64,000 nt of DNA from Candidatus Bathyarchaeia archaeon (GTDB lineage Archaea; Thermoproteota; Bathyarchaeia; Bathyarchaeales; Bathycorpusculaceae), in assembly GCA_050015395.1 (NCBI GenBank), contig JBEKBM010000004.1:63265-127264 (forward strand), read 5' to 3'. Position 1 is the stretch's first letter, and every line of letters starts with the position of its first letter. Below the pieces are notes generated by a model. That model made no database searches, was not told the origin of the DNA, and worked only from the letters and a program-made list of their open reading frames with translations. Position numbers and translations under genes: made by a program. Below are positions 30,334 to 41,121 of this stretch, piece after piece.

Positions 30334-32038
30334 AGCCCTGTCCTATCGCATCTTCGGGCGTATTACACCGTATTTTTTGAACAATGTTTTCCACATTAAA
30401 GGTTCCTTAGAAAAGGGACGGGTAAAAATTTACCCTGAAACTTACATTTCAATGATGTTCTTCACCGCCATGCTGACTCTTCCCGTGTCAGTGCTGGCTA
30501 TAGTGATTGTTTTGCTCACTCGATTTATACCTCTGCTCATTTTGGTACCGCTTCCGCTTTTTGTAGTCGCTGGATTCTTAGTTGTTCCCAGCTCTAACGC
30601 CAGCGACCGAGCAACAAACTTGGAGCGTGAAATACCTTTTGCGGCAGCATACATTAGCGTCATGGCAGCCGGCGGCATTGCACCGTACACTAGCTTCAAG
30701 CGGCTATCAGAAGTAGACCTTATGCCCGCAATGCGTAGTGAAGCAAGAGATATTATGAAAGACGTTGAAGTATTTGGTGTTGACCCACTATCAGCCCTTG
30801 AAGGGGCTGCAAAAAAAGTGCCGCTAGACGTATTCAAAGATTTTCTGAGCGGTTACGCTTCAACTGTTATAATCGGCGGCGACATCGGACATTTCCTTGA
30901 GCGAAAAGCCGAAGACATATTCAAAATTCGTGCGCTCCGCGTTAAAGCCGCTGCTGAACGCCTTGGAATGCTACTTGAAACCTTCATCATCGTTATGGTC
31001 ATGATGTCGCTTTGTTTTTACATACTCTTCGCTGTACAGCAAATTCAAACGGGGACCAGCACAGGCACCAACTTATCCACGTACTCGGGCATACTAATGT
31101 ACACTTACCTTTTCTCGCCACTGCTCGCAGTCGTATTCGTCTATCTAGCTCATAGCATGCAGCCGAAAACGCCGATAGTGGAAATGCGTCCCTACAAAGT
31201 GTTCGGGATATGCAGTGTAATAGGCATAATCGTATTCTTACTGCTCACAAACTTCATGGGAACAATCCAGCTTCCCCTCTTCAGCACCTTGCAAGCTTGG
31301 GGCCTTGATTTGCCCATAGCCCTAACTGTTGCCTTGTTTATTACTGTTGCGCCAGCAGCCGTAGTGGACATGAGATTGGCCAAGACTAAGAACAGCATGG
31401 AAGAGGGAATCACAAGTTTTCTCAGAGACCTCACGGAAGTGCGAAAAACAGGTTTGTCGCCAGAAAAATGCATCGAAAACCTGTCCACACGAGACTATGG
31501 CTCTTTTAGCAAAGAACTTCGTAAAATCAGCTCCGATATTTCTTGGGGTATCCCACTCAAGAAGGTCATGATGGATTTTCTTCATCGCACGCGCAGTTGG
31601 ATGGTGCAAATAGTCATGTTTCTCCTAGTTGAAACCATAGATGTTGGCGGAGGCACCATCGCAATGATTGAATCCTTGGCCCGCTTTAACAGTTTAACGG
31701 CGGAAGTGGACAAAGAAAAGAAAATGTCCGTTCGTCCCTACGTAATGATGCCCTACTTGGCATCAATCTTGCTTGTAGCAACAACTGTCATGATGATGAG
31801 TTTTACCACAGGCTTCGGCGTAACAACCACAAGCGTCTCAACCGCAGCATCTGCAGCAAGCAAAGGCCTGATGCAAACGATATTCATGACCGCAGTTATC
31901 TTCAACAGTTATATCATTGGAATTGTGGCGGGAAAAATAAGTGAGGAATCAATCTCTGCCGGATTCAAACATTCAGCCATCCTTGTTATAATCGCCCTGT
32001 TAGCTGCTAAACTCATACCTATGTTCGTTAAAATTTGA
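30311..32038 (+). CDS. TadC/ArlJ-like membrane platform protein (two T2SSF domains)
   Basis: Multiple TM segments; LEREIPFAA, FLRDLTEVRKTG. Confidence 0.9.
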   Translation: MPLLEKFEALSYRIFGRITPYFLNNVFHIKGSLEKGRVKIYPETYISMMFFTAMLTLPVSVLAIVIVLLTRFIPLLILVPLPLFVVAGFLVVPSSNASDRATNLEREIPFAAAYISVMAAGGIAPYTSFKRLSEVDLMPAMRSEARDIMKDVEVFGVDPLSALEGAAKKVPLDVFKDFLSGYASTVIIGGDIGHFLERKAEDIFKIRALRVKAAAERLGMLLETFIIVMVMMSLCFYILFAVQQIQTGTSTGTNLSTYSGILMYTYLFSPLLAVVFVYLAHSMQPKTPIVEMRPYKVFGICSVIGIIVFLLLTNFMGTIQLPLFSTLQAWGLDLPIALTVALFITVAPAAVVDMRLAKTKNSMEEGITSFLRDLTEVRKTGLSPEKCIENLSTRDYGSFSKELRKISSDISWGIPLKKVMMDFLHRTRSWMVQIVMFLLVETIDVGGGTIAMIESLARFNSLTAEVDKEKKMSVRPYVMMPYLASILLVATTVMMMSFTTGFGVTTTSVSTAASAASKGLMQTIFMTAVIFNSYIIGIVAGKISEESISAGFKHSAILVIIALLAAKLIPMFVKI

Positions 32039-32089
32039 TAGGAGCAAAAGAAAACGAGATCCGTCTACAACCAGCACAAGAGAAAAACT

Positions 32090-32935
32090 TTGCACAGTGA
32101 TAACCGAGCAATTAGCCCAGCCATTGCTACAGTTATCATGACCAGCGCCATCATCGTCATGGTTCTAGTAGCGATGTCATATGCACAAACTTATCTAAGC
32201 TCAAGCATGGCTCAAAACGACTTCAGCACCAACAAGCAGTTCATGCAGACGACGGGGCTCCAAATCGACGATGTCGCATGGATGATGGGTAGAACTCAAA
32301 CCATAACTTACTCAAGCACATATGGAAGTTTAGAATTCGTGAATACTACCAGTGCGACTCAACCGCTGAGCTATTCCATGGAAATCAAACAAGGCTCTGG
32401 CTGGGAACCAGTTGTCCCCTCTCTGGAAACAGGCATAATTCTGTTCAACATGCCTACAACCGAATATACGTTAGGCAATAATTATCTGGACCAACTTTCT
32501 TCGACCGGTTCATTTTTGCAGGAAGGTCCCTCTGCGCCTGTGAGTGATGTTTATGCCATTGAGAAATTGCCTATGACGGATGGAAACTTTCTTCGCGTAG
32601 CGGTTGTTCCCTCAATTAGAATGCTGAGCACTACCGTAGGCTCCCAGAACTATGAGGAATTTTACCTGCCATTACTCCAAAACGGTACGAACTTGGGGCT
32701 TTCTCAATCAGTCACTTTGACCGGCCAATCTGTCCATCAGTACGTTTACAGTGATGTCACTGAAGTTCAGTTCACCGCAACATTTCCCCTAGCCTCTGAG
32801 GGCTTCAATTCAGGGTTTTTCCCGTTTAAAAACTCACTTGCAAATGGACAATATACTGTAACCGAAACTTTCCCTGCCTCAACCGTGGAGTTGTACGTGG
32901 GCGGTGTGTCGGTTTCGTTGGGATTATACGGATAA
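32090..32935 (+). CDS. Pilin-like protein with class III signal peptide
   Basis: NRA|ISPAIATVIMTSAIIVMVLVA. Confidence 0.8.
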   Translation: MHSDNRAISPAIATVIMTSAIIVMVLVAMSYAQTYLSSSMAQNDFSTNKQFMQTTGLQIDDVAWMMGRTQTITYSSTYGSLEFVNTTSATQPLSYSMEIKQGSGWEPVVPSLETGIILFNMPTTEYTLGNNYLDQLSSTGSFLQEGPSAPVSDVYAIEKLPMTDGNFLRVAVVPSIRMLSTTVGSQNYEEFYLPLLQNGTNLGLSQSVTLTGQSVHQYVYSDVTEVQFTATFPLASEGFNSGFFPFKNSLANGQYTVTETFPASTVELYVGGVSVSLGLYG

Positions 32936-32953
32936 TATGGTGGGTGATTATGG

Positions 32954-33430
32954 ATGGAAGTTACTGTTGAATATATGATTTTGATTCCGGTTTTGATTCT
33001 TCAGATTTTCCTGTTTCCAATGTTTGTCAATGTAGTAATGAATCAGTATGTAGATGAACAGAGAACGCTTCAACTTCAGGAAACCGCCAGCTATTTGAGC
33101 AGCAGTATCGAACAAATGTACCTTTCCCTTAACCATACATCCATTCTCAGCTGCACACTCACAAGCAACCTCGGTTCTCAGCCTTTGATAGATGGCTACG
33201 TTTACACAGGGAATGCTACCTTACAACCAGTTTTAGACCCTGGATTGCATTCAAGCCAAGTCCTAGATGTCACCCTCAACCTTGTAGGCGCAGACATCTC
33301 AACTACTACGACGGTGGCACTGGGGCAAAACGTCGAATGGGCGAAATCGACATTCACAAGCAACTCGGCAACCGCCTGCATAATCGCCCAGAAATTCCCA
33401 GACCAAACTATACAGCTTTCGTTCGGATAA
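32954..33430 (+). CDS. Minor pilin-like protein
   Basis: MEVTVEYMILIPVLIL hydrophobic N-terminus; operon context. Confidence 0.7.
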   Translation: MEVTVEYMILIPVLILQIFLFPMFVNVVMNQYVDEQRTLQLQETASYLSSSIEQMYLSLNHTSILSCTLTSNLGSQPLIDGYVYTGNATLQPVLDPGLHSSQVLDVTLNLVGADISTTTTVALGQNVEWAKSTFTSNSATACIIAQKFPDQTIQLSFG

Positions 33431-33444
33431 ATGAGGGATAAAAT

Positions 33445-34680
33445 TTGTCAGGTGTATCTATAGACCACATAGTTTCAATAATCATTTTCTTAGCGGCGAT
33501 ACTGCTTTTTGTTGGTCTATTTGGTCAAATGGTTCAGCCTGCAATAACATATCAGCAGAATCGAGCTGTTGCCACAAAATGCAGCGACCTCCTTGATACC
33601 ATGCTGCTTAGTCCTGGTAGTCCAAGCAAATGGGGACAAGAAAATTCTACACCAACAGGTTTTGGGGTACAAGACCCAGAGTTCACAGAGTACCAGCTGA
33701 GTGCCTTTTCACTTATGCGGTTAAGTTCAGCAACGGGAAACCTTGTCGAGTATGACAACCCCCCTAACACATACTATACTAGCATAAGCCCTAGAACTGG
33801 GGCCTTTCTGCTAACACCTAACGCTCAAGCCCTCAACTACTCCACAGCCTTAACACTGCTTGGAATAAACGACACTTACGGCTTCCAACTAACACTTACT
33901 CCCGACATTACAGTGTCCATAACAGAAAATCAAGCCTGTTCCCCACTGAATCTGTCTATAAGCGCAATGGGAACAGGCTTTCCGTTTGCTGGGGCTTCGA
34001 TAAACTATTGCCTCATCCTGGTTACATTAGCTCAAACTGAGGCTCAATACCCATCCTATACCATACAAAACGGCGCCACCACCACCGACCCGCAAGGCAT
34101 GGCTTATAACATAACATTTCCCAGCGTAACAGACCCAAACCAAGTTTACGCATTTATCGCCTACACACACCTAGATGGTATTGTAGGAGTAGGCTATCAT
34201 ACACGCGTCACATCCACAGACCAATACGTGGTTCCCATCGTACAGGATATGGCCTCACAAGAAGTTGCCTTGGCACACAACTATGACCTAAACACCCCTC
34301 TTCCAGACGGGTCTCCCCTGCAGTATAATGCAACTTTTGTTATTTTAACAGAAGATTACACGCTCAGCGCCTTGTCTCTTGGCTCTTCCAGCAGCGTAAC
34401 GAACATAACTACTCCCGGTAACACCCCTCCGACTGTTTTCTTGCCAACTTGTACAACTGGAATTTTGATAGTTACCTACCAGCAAGAGGGCTCAAATCAA
34501 GGCGGCGTAGTAATGATGCCTTGGGGCGTAAGTTCTCTGGCGTTTCCAGTAACCTTTGGCGGAAACCCTCAGCAACAGGAATGGGTCGCAACTGACATGC
34601 GACAAGTCACGGTTAACAATGTCGCTTACCAGGCGAAGCTATCGCTGTGGAGTACTCAAGGAACACAGGTGACTAGCTAA
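33445..34680 (+). CDS. Pilin-like surface protein
   Basis: SIDHIVSIIIFLAAILLF N-terminal helix; S/T-rich body. Confidence 0.65.
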   Translation: MSGVSIDHIVSIIIFLAAILLFVGLFGQMVQPAITYQQNRAVATKCSDLLDTMLLSPGSPSKWGQENSTPTGFGVQDPEFTEYQLSAFSLMRLSSATGNLVEYDNPPNTYYTSISPRTGAFLLTPNAQALNYSTALTLLGINDTYGFQLTLTPDITVSITENQACSPLNLSISAMGTGFPFAGASINYCLILVTLAQTEAQYPSYTIQNGATTTDPQGMAYNITFPSVTDPNQVYAFIAYTHLDGIVGVGYHTRVTSTDQYVVPIVQDMASQEVALAHNYDLNTPLPDGSPLQYNATFVILTEDYTLSALSLGSSSSVTNITTPGNTPPTVFLPTCTTGILIVTYQQEGSNQGGVVMMPWGVSSLAFPVTFGGNPQQQEWVATDMRQVTVNNVAYQAKLSLWSTQGTQVTS

Positions 34681-34681
34681 A

Positions 34682-36019
34682 ATGATGCGCACCGTTGAAG
34701 TCCTAATAGTAATAATCATCATAACTGGAGCTTTCGTAGCGTCTTCCTTCTTTGCTGTTTTACCTTTGCCGCGTCAAGTGTCACCGCTGAACCTCAGCCG
34801 CCTCTCACTCACTACGCTGGAGATGTTGGATTCAAATCATGGTTTAAGCCAAGCCGCTTTTGACACTGACAACTCAACGCTCATGGATGGGTTACAGGTC
34901 GCCCTTTCAGCTTCCCTGCCGCCCAACGTACTATACAACCTTACAATTTATAACGTGAACAGTGGCCAAGACGGTGCCACACTTTACACTGTTCAAAAAT
35001 CCATATCAAACGCTCAAAGCTTAGGAGTCACTTCAGACGCATCATCTTACCTTGTTGCTAATTCCAGCGCCACTTTTGACCCTACCCCCGAAAAAATCGG
35101 CGAAAACAGCGGCGGAGCCATAACCCTCTACATCTTGAACTGTAGCGATGCGAACGGCTGGTGGATTACTGGTTACACCCCTCAAAGCTTGGCACAGGAC
35201 CTTTACAACTTGCTGTCACCTTACTTTAACCAGACCGTGATGGTGCAGAATACGGCTCAACTTGGGAAAATCTTGAACGATAAATCGCTACATGGCGAGA
35301 ACGTCAGGAACGCAGTTGTCATTAACACATGCGGTGAAGCAGTGCCGATACCTTCGGCATATTGCGCACCTCCATACTCCAATAATGGATACGCTTACTA
35401 TGGCTACGCCTTAGGGCAAAAAGTTAACCAGTACAACTGGACTTGGGTCAGCATAGTAGGATACCCATTCTATTACGTTTCAAACACTGGATACTTCACG
35501 GGGTCATCTGACCAAAACGGCTGGGGCATTTTCGGAATGGCACCGGCAGTAGGAGCAGCTGGACTGAACAGCTTCTTGGAAGGATTGAGTGGACAAAAAT
35601 ATGTTACAGATTCGGGGTCGATAACAATACCTGATCAAACGCTTGTTTCTATTTCATCTGATGCACAATATTGGTCGAACTATTACGGAATTTATCCATC
35701 TCCCACCCAATCCGCAGCAAGAGCTGTGTCTTCAACGATTGAGAGCAGTTACCACCTAACCGCAGTTTCATCGGTTTTCAATCCAGTGGTTGAAAACAAA
35801 GAAACATATCTTGCAGGATCCACGTTCGCGTATTATAATTCTACTGGAGCCATTAACGGAAAACTCATTCCCATAGGGTTAACATGTTCGACAGACATAA
35901 GAATCACAGCGCTTGCCCTTCTCTCTTATTATCAGCCTAGCCTTTACGCTCTTGATTTCACTGCTCAAGACACTTCCCGCTTGGTGGTTTTGCAGCTTGG
36001 CTTAATTGGAGGAACCTAA
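34682..36019 (+). CDS. Pilin-like surface protein
   Basis: MRTVEVLIVIIII N-terminal helix; many N-x-S/T sequons. Confidence 0.65.
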   Translation: MMRTVEVLIVIIIITGAFVASSFFAVLPLPRQVSPLNLSRLSLTTLEMLDSNHGLSQAAFDTDNSTLMDGLQVALSASLPPNVLYNLTIYNVNSGQDGATLYTVQKSISNAQSLGVTSDASSYLVANSSATFDPTPEKIGENSGGAITLYILNCSDANGWWITGYTPQSLAQDLYNLLSPYFNQTVMVQNTAQLGKILNDKSLHGENVRNAVVINTCGEAVPIPSAYCAPPYSNNGYAYYGYALGQKVNQYNWTWVSIVGYPFYYVSNTGYFTGSSDQNGWGIFGMAPAVGAAGLNSFLEGLSGQKYVTDSGSITIPDQTLVSISSDAQYWSNYYGIYPSPTQSAARAVSSTIESSYHLTAVSSVFNPVVENKETYLAGSTFAYYNSTGAINGKLIPIGLTCSTDIRITALALLSYYQPSLYALDFTAQDTSRLVVLQLGLIGGT

Positions 36020-36021
36020 CA

Positions 36022-39000
36022 ATGAACAATAAAGGTCAGTTTTCAATTATTGCGGCTTTGTTTGTCGCTGTTATCCTCATCTCAAGCGTCATGGTTACAT
36101 ATTCCGCCATACGTTACGGCTCCAATCAAAATCAACCGCAAATCATAAGCGTCATAGACGAAACCAACCTCGCCTTAAAACAAGTGCTAGGCTTCACCGT
36201 AGGCTACTACGGCTCCATTCTACTGAAAACAGGCAACTCCTCTTACGCTTATAACCTATCCTCGAATTACTTTAAAAGCGGCTTAGCAAATATAGCGGAC
36301 GCGAATCCAGAATGGGGCACTTCCTTCAACGTCTCTGCCCTATCGCTAGGCACCAACTGGTATACGAATGCAAGCTATAGCGAAGGAAACCTAAACATTA
36401 CATATAACCTGAACGGATTAGGCATATCTGATATAGCCTACTCGGTATCCTGCCAATTAAACGTCCAAATTCTCCCTTCTCCTTCCAACAATCAAGTTCG
36501 CCTAACCGTTACTCAAGATGAAAACGAGCCGGTAGTCGATTTGAGTATGTCAAATTTCAAGTTTTATTCCTACCAATACCCGAACTCACCCTGGTCATAC
36601 CCAAACCCGCCCGACGAACCTGCCTCCTCCAGCAACGGAACATATACTATTGACGTTCCGCCTGAAATAAACAACACCCAAGCTTACGCTATCCAAGTTC
36701 AAGACTCGCGTGGCATTATAGTTGCAGCTTCCTCATTTAGCCAAATCACGGGAAGCCTAACATTCAACACAACCACAGTAAACGGCGGCGATTACGTAAA
36801 CAATTACAATTCAAAAGTAGACTCTAACCCCGATATAGGAACCCACAGCAACTTCGCAGCACAACAATCAGCCCCCGACGGGATTTACGATAGTTTAACC
36901 GAAGCAAATGCAGGCACACAACTCAAAAACTATTATCCCACCAGCGCCAACCCAATAGAAGGGACAACCCTCGCTTCAGGTACAATAGCTAACTTGCAGA
37001 GCAATGACGGCGCCTACATGACTTTTAATTCTTATCCCTCCGCTTTTTCAGGCTCATCCACTTTCGGCTATTCCAGCGTCGGGACGTCTTCTCAAAGTAT
37101 CGAGAACACAATTACTGGATCCATATTTAACTTGCCAACAAACGCCGTAGCCCAGAACATTGTAGCGCACATCCAAGCAGCGTCAGCGCAGACATTTGGC
37201 TCCACAACTGCCTACAAATCTACGGTTTCAATCATAAACACGATTACAGGTAGTCAGTTTGCCCCGACATACAATGGCGTTGCCACCAGCATAACTGCCT
37301 ACATAGGGTGTTCCTCATCTGCAAAGAACATGGAGGCCGCCATATACAACAACTCTAACGACAGTCGGGTTGCACAAACTAACCAACAGTCCGTCAGCAC
37401 AGGAACTGGCTGGGTAACCTTTGCCTTCTCCAGCGGTCCAAGCCTTATTGCTGGCAACACTTACATTTTGGTCATTTGGTCAGCATCCGGTAGTAGCGGC
37501 ACCGCAAACTTGTACTACCAGAGCGTCAGCAGCAAACAAGGCGATAGCTACTCTCAAACTTACGACGCCAGCGCCTGGCCTACCCAACCAAGTTTTACCA
37601 CCGCTAAAAATGAATATAGCATCTACTGCACATACCAGCCAACCGCTGAGGTCAAAGCGGCAATCTACTCAAGCACGAACGCCTTTATTGCAAGTACACA
37701 ACAACTCACGATATCTGCAACGGGATGGGCAACCTTTAGCTTTTCAACCCCGCAGCCGGTTCTTGCTGCAAACACGAACTACATTCTGGTTGTTTGGTCA
37801 AATTCCGCAGGCGGCTTCACGATAAACTACAACACTGGCAGCAAAAATCAAGGCCAAAGTTTCTCGCAAACCTATGGTAACTGGCCTACCTCTCCCAACT
37901 TTACTCATAATAACAACGAGTACAGCATTTACTGCGGCTATTCTGTGCCAAGCCAGTACTCCTGCACCGTAGAATTTCTCGGCTCTACCTCTTCACCCCC
38001 GCTCAACTGGAACAACATTATCTGGACAGTCGACGGCTCATCCACCACTAGTGCAGGCGTCACCTTGCAGCTTTTCAACTACAATACGGGACAGTATGCA
38101 ACATCGGGCAACGGATACATAACAGGAACTTTTGGAGCAAAAAACTACACAGAGCAACAAACCATAACTGCGAACGCAGGAAACTTCAGGGACGACATGG
38201 GAAACTGGCAACTTTGCCTCACAGCCACCGCATCCGTCACATCGCCCTTCACCATCAACTTGAACTTGGTACGTTACGAACCAGGCTCCGCATTATACAA
38301 GCTCAGTCTTGAAGAGCAGTGGACTAACCTGAACTATACATCGCTTCTTCATCCAGCACTATGCGTTTACGCAGGCACTATGGGCTCCAATAACCTAGCG
38401 GTCGACGCTTGGTATGATGGTTCATGGCAGCCTCTCTGCTCATCGCTCGTAAGCGGCTGGAACAACATGTCTATTAATTCCTATTTAACTGCTGGCTCGA
38501 CAAGTTTCACAATCAGATTTACAAACAACAGTGCCGTAGACAATTCACCAATCAGCTGGCAGGTAGGTGCCGTATTGATTAGACCAGAGTCTGATCAAGA
38601 CCTATTCTTGTCACTACAAAGCCCAGCTGCAACAGTTACCGTCGAGCTGCTTCAAAATGGGACGATGATCTGGTTAGGTCAAAACCTGAAAATCACGACT
38701 CAACTTGTTCCTATTTTGCCTGTTCCCGTAAAAGCCATTCACATCAACGAGACCATAGATGGCGTCAATCAACAAGTGCCCTTTCAAATTGAGGATTGGG
38801 CATCTTCCTACACGGTACCGTTAGGGTTAACAAATAACGCCACGATCTTTGGTAACATGCAAATGATTGTTTTTCTAGTAAACACTCACGTTTCAGCTTT
38901 CACTGTATGGTGGAACGGCAGCGACCAAGCAATTCAAACGCCCTTAGCTTACACCAACACATACTTTACTAGCTCCAAAACAAATGATAACATGCTTAGT

Positions 39001-39774
39001 AATGGGAGGTTAAGTATCCAATTAAGCAGCATCAGCAGCACCTTAAACGTAACCTCAACAGTGGTTGGAACAAGTGCCTCCAGCAACGCAATTTTCATGA
39101 GAATAAACACCCAACCTAACAACCAAGAGAATGAAGAACCAGACTGGGTCGTGGTTAACGGTACAGTTCGAGATATAGTAGCACAGCAAGTCCAATTTCC
39201 AGGCGGAGTTACTAATTGTTCAAACGTCTATGCTGATGTTGTGCTCACTTTACCTGCTAACGCAACATATTTCACATATCAACTTAGTCTAATGTTTATG
39301 CCTACAAACCAAACCCGCACAATAACTGACCTATGCCCCATTGAGTTATCTCCTTCTGTTGGGCAGTTGCAGACCGAGAACGGAATTGCGCAGGGTGACC
39401 CCATCGTTGCCAACGGCACACAAACTTTTAGCTCCCCAGGAACTTGGAATCACTGGAGCCAATTCATCGACGGCACTCAAGGTGCAGGCATAATGTTCAC
39501 TAACCAAGCTAACCAGATGCTCTATTGCTTTGACACCCCGACGACTCATACAGGCGCACTAGAAGCAAACGCCGCAACTCAACCCCCAACAATCTCCCTG
39601 CTCCCAGTGACGCTCAATTCTGTTTCGTTCAAAAATGCTTTGGATGTAACGTGGGATGGCGCAGTGGTAACTTTTGCTGGTTCCGCGCCCCCAATTTACA
39701 GTGGAAGCGATCAACCTGGGCTGTGGATACTGGCTGAGATACCGCCGACGATAACTGTGAAAGTTGGCAACTAG
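36022..39774 (+). CDS. Large pilin-like adhesin (1250 aa)
   Basis: MNNKG|QFSIIAALFV class III signal; repeated beta-rich domains. Confidence 0.8.
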   Translation: MNNKGQFSIIAALFVAVILISSVMVTYSAIRYGSNQNQPQIISVIDETNLALKQVLGFTVGYYGSILLKTGNSSYAYNLSSNYFKSGLANIADANPEWGTSFNVSALSLGTNWYTNASYSEGNLNITYNLNGLGISDIAYSVSCQLNVQILPSPSNNQVRLTVTQDENEPVVDLSMSNFKFYSYQYPNSPWSYPNPPDEPASSSNGTYTIDVPPEINNTQAYAIQVQDSRGIIVAASSFSQITGSLTFNTTTVNGGDYVNNYNSKVDSNPDIGTHSNFAAQQSAPDGIYDSLTEANAGTQLKNYYPTSANPIEGTTLASGTIANLQSNDGAYMTFNSYPSAFSGSSTFGYSSVGTSSQSIENTITGSIFNLPTNAVAQNIVAHIQAASAQTFGSTTAYKSTVSIINTITGSQFAPTYNGVATSITAYIGCSSSAKNMEAAIYNNSNDSRVAQTNQQSVSTGTGWVTFAFSSGPSLIAGNTYILVIWSASGSSGTANLYYQSVSSKQGDSYSQTYDASAWPTQPSFTTAKNEYSIYCTYQPTAEVKAAIYSSTNAFIASTQQLTISATGWATFSFSTPQPVLAANTNYILVVWSNSAGGFTINYNTGSKNQGQSFSQTYGNWPTSPNFTHNNNEYSIYCGYSVPSQYSCTVEFLGSTSSPPLNWNNIIWTVDGSSTTSAGVTLQLFNYNTGQYATSGNGYITGTFGAKNYTEQQTITANAGNFRDDMGNWQLCLTATASVTSPFTINLNLVRYEPGSALYKLSLEEQWTNLNYTSLLHPALCVYAGTMGSNNLAVDAWYDGSWQPLCSSLVSGWNNMSINSYLTAGSTSFTIRFTNNSAVDNSPISWQVGAVLIRPESDQDLFLSLQSPAATVTVELLQNGTMIWLGQNLKITTQLVPILPVPVKAIHINETIDGVNQQVPFQIEDWASSYTVPLGLTNNATIFGNMQMIVFLVNTHVSAFTVWWNGSDQAIQTPLAYTNTYFTSSKTNDNMLSNGRLSIQLSSISSTLNVTSTVVGTSASSNAIFMRINTQPNNQENEEPDWVVVNGTVRDIVAQQVQFPGGVTNCSNVYADVVLTLPANATYFTYQLSLMFMPTNQTRTITDLCPIELSPSVGQLQTENGIAQGDPIVANGTQTFSSPGTWNHWSQFIDGTQGAGIMFTNQANQMLYCFDTPTTHTGALEANAATQPPTISLLPVTLNSVSFKNALDVTWDGAVVTFAGSAPPIYSGSDQPGLWILAEIPPTITVKVGN

Positions 39775-39977
39775 CATCTATATCGATACTTATTTTTGAT
39801 AAGTATTTGATATTCATATTCAATAAATAGTGATTATGAGTTTTTATAAAATTGAAAGGTGAAGACTATTAACATTAAACCAACAGGTACCATTTCCCTC
39901 TTTAATTTCGTCCAAGCAATTATGGCACATTTTATTAGTGCGATAGGAAATCATAAGAAACACAACAAGGGATTAGA

Positions 39978-40793
39978 TTGACCTTCCAAGCAATCTTCAT
40001 CGCGGCACAGGTGGCAGTTTCAGCAGTCTTGCTCACTTATGCATCATGGAGCGACTATAAAACTCGCGAAGTAAGCAACCGCGTCTGGGCAATCTATGCA
40101 CCTATAGCAATCGTGCTCTCCCTAGCAGAGTTACTCCTCTATGATCCCTCAAAACTTGCCCTTTTCGGCATTAGCGTAGGATTAACCGTCGGGTTAGCTT
40201 TTCTTTTGTTTTATTCAGGTGCATTTGGTGGCGCTGACTCAAAAGCCCTCATGTGCATCGCCGTTGCTTTGCCATTCGCTCCAGTAACCCTATTCACACC
40301 CATCTTAGCTGGAAGCTTGTCTCCCATCTCCCAGGTCATATTCCCATTAACCATATTCAGCAACGCCGTCTTATTCGCAGCAGCAAGCGGCATATACATG
40401 ATACTGCGCAATCTGGTTTGGCACAAAAAAAATGGCAAAAAAATGTTTACAGGAACACTTGCACATGAATCGATGTGGAAAAAAGTAGTTATCCTGATAA
40501 CTGGTTACAAGGTGACGGTTGCAAGGTTAAAGGAGAAATGGCATGTTTTTCCGATGGAAGATGTGGACGACGACGAGAACGCCCTAAAGCGAAAACTGGT
40601 TGTTATTCCAAGTGATGAGGGACGAGATAAAATTGTTGAACGCTTATCTAATGCAGTTCAGGCAGGAAAAATCGATACTTATGTGTGGGCAACTCCAGGT
40701 TTACCAATGCTCATATTCATAACTTTAGGTTTAATTGTCGCGTTACTATGTGGAGATGTAGTTTGGTTGCTAGTTAGATTTATCCTCGGCTGA
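39978..40793 (+). CDS. Prepilin/pre-archaellin peptidase (A24, FlaK/PibD-like)
   Basis: SWSDYKTREV, FGGADSK, WATPGLPM. Confidence 0.92.
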   Translation: MTFQAIFIAAQVAVSAVLLTYASWSDYKTREVSNRVWAIYAPIAIVLSLAELLLYDPSKLALFGISVGLTVGLAFLLFYSGAFGGADSKALMCIAVALPFAPVTLFTPILAGSLSPISQVIFPLTIFSNAVLFAAASGIYMILRNLVWHKKNGKKMFTGTLAHESMWKKVVILITGYKVTVARLKEKWHVFPMEDVDDDENALKRKLVVIPSDEGRDKIVERLSNAVQAGKIDTYVWATPGLPMLIFITLGLIVALLCGDVVWLLVRFILG

Positions 40794-41048
40794 ATAATCA
40801 AAATCTTCTTTGAACATGTTTTTGCCACGTTTTGAATAAGAGATAGATGCAGTTACCGTAAGAACTGAGCCAAAACTCACAAATGCAAGGGCATATCCTT
40901 GGTATGGATAAGAAGCCCAATTTAGACTAAAATTTGAGCTGCCTGTTTGGTAAGAATAGAAGAAAGCGCTTATCACGAACAATACAAGCGCCAGTGATAG
41001 TAGGCAAACTTCCGTTTTGAACTTCATACCCCTACACTCCCCTTCCAA
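40770..41048 (-). CDS. Small two-TM hypothetical protein
   Basis: Two hydrophobic helices; YPYQGYA loop. Confidence 0.55.
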   Translation of the reverse strand: MEGECRGMKFKTEVCLLSLALVLFVISAFFYSYQTGSSNFSLNWASYPYQGYALAFVSFGSVLTVTASISYSKRGKNMFKEDFDYSAEDKSN

Positions 41049-41121
41049 GATACCCGTGAGTCTATCTTTTTAATCAAAAGGTATTTTAGCTTTTTGGAAA
41101 TACACCTACAGGAGCATTCTG

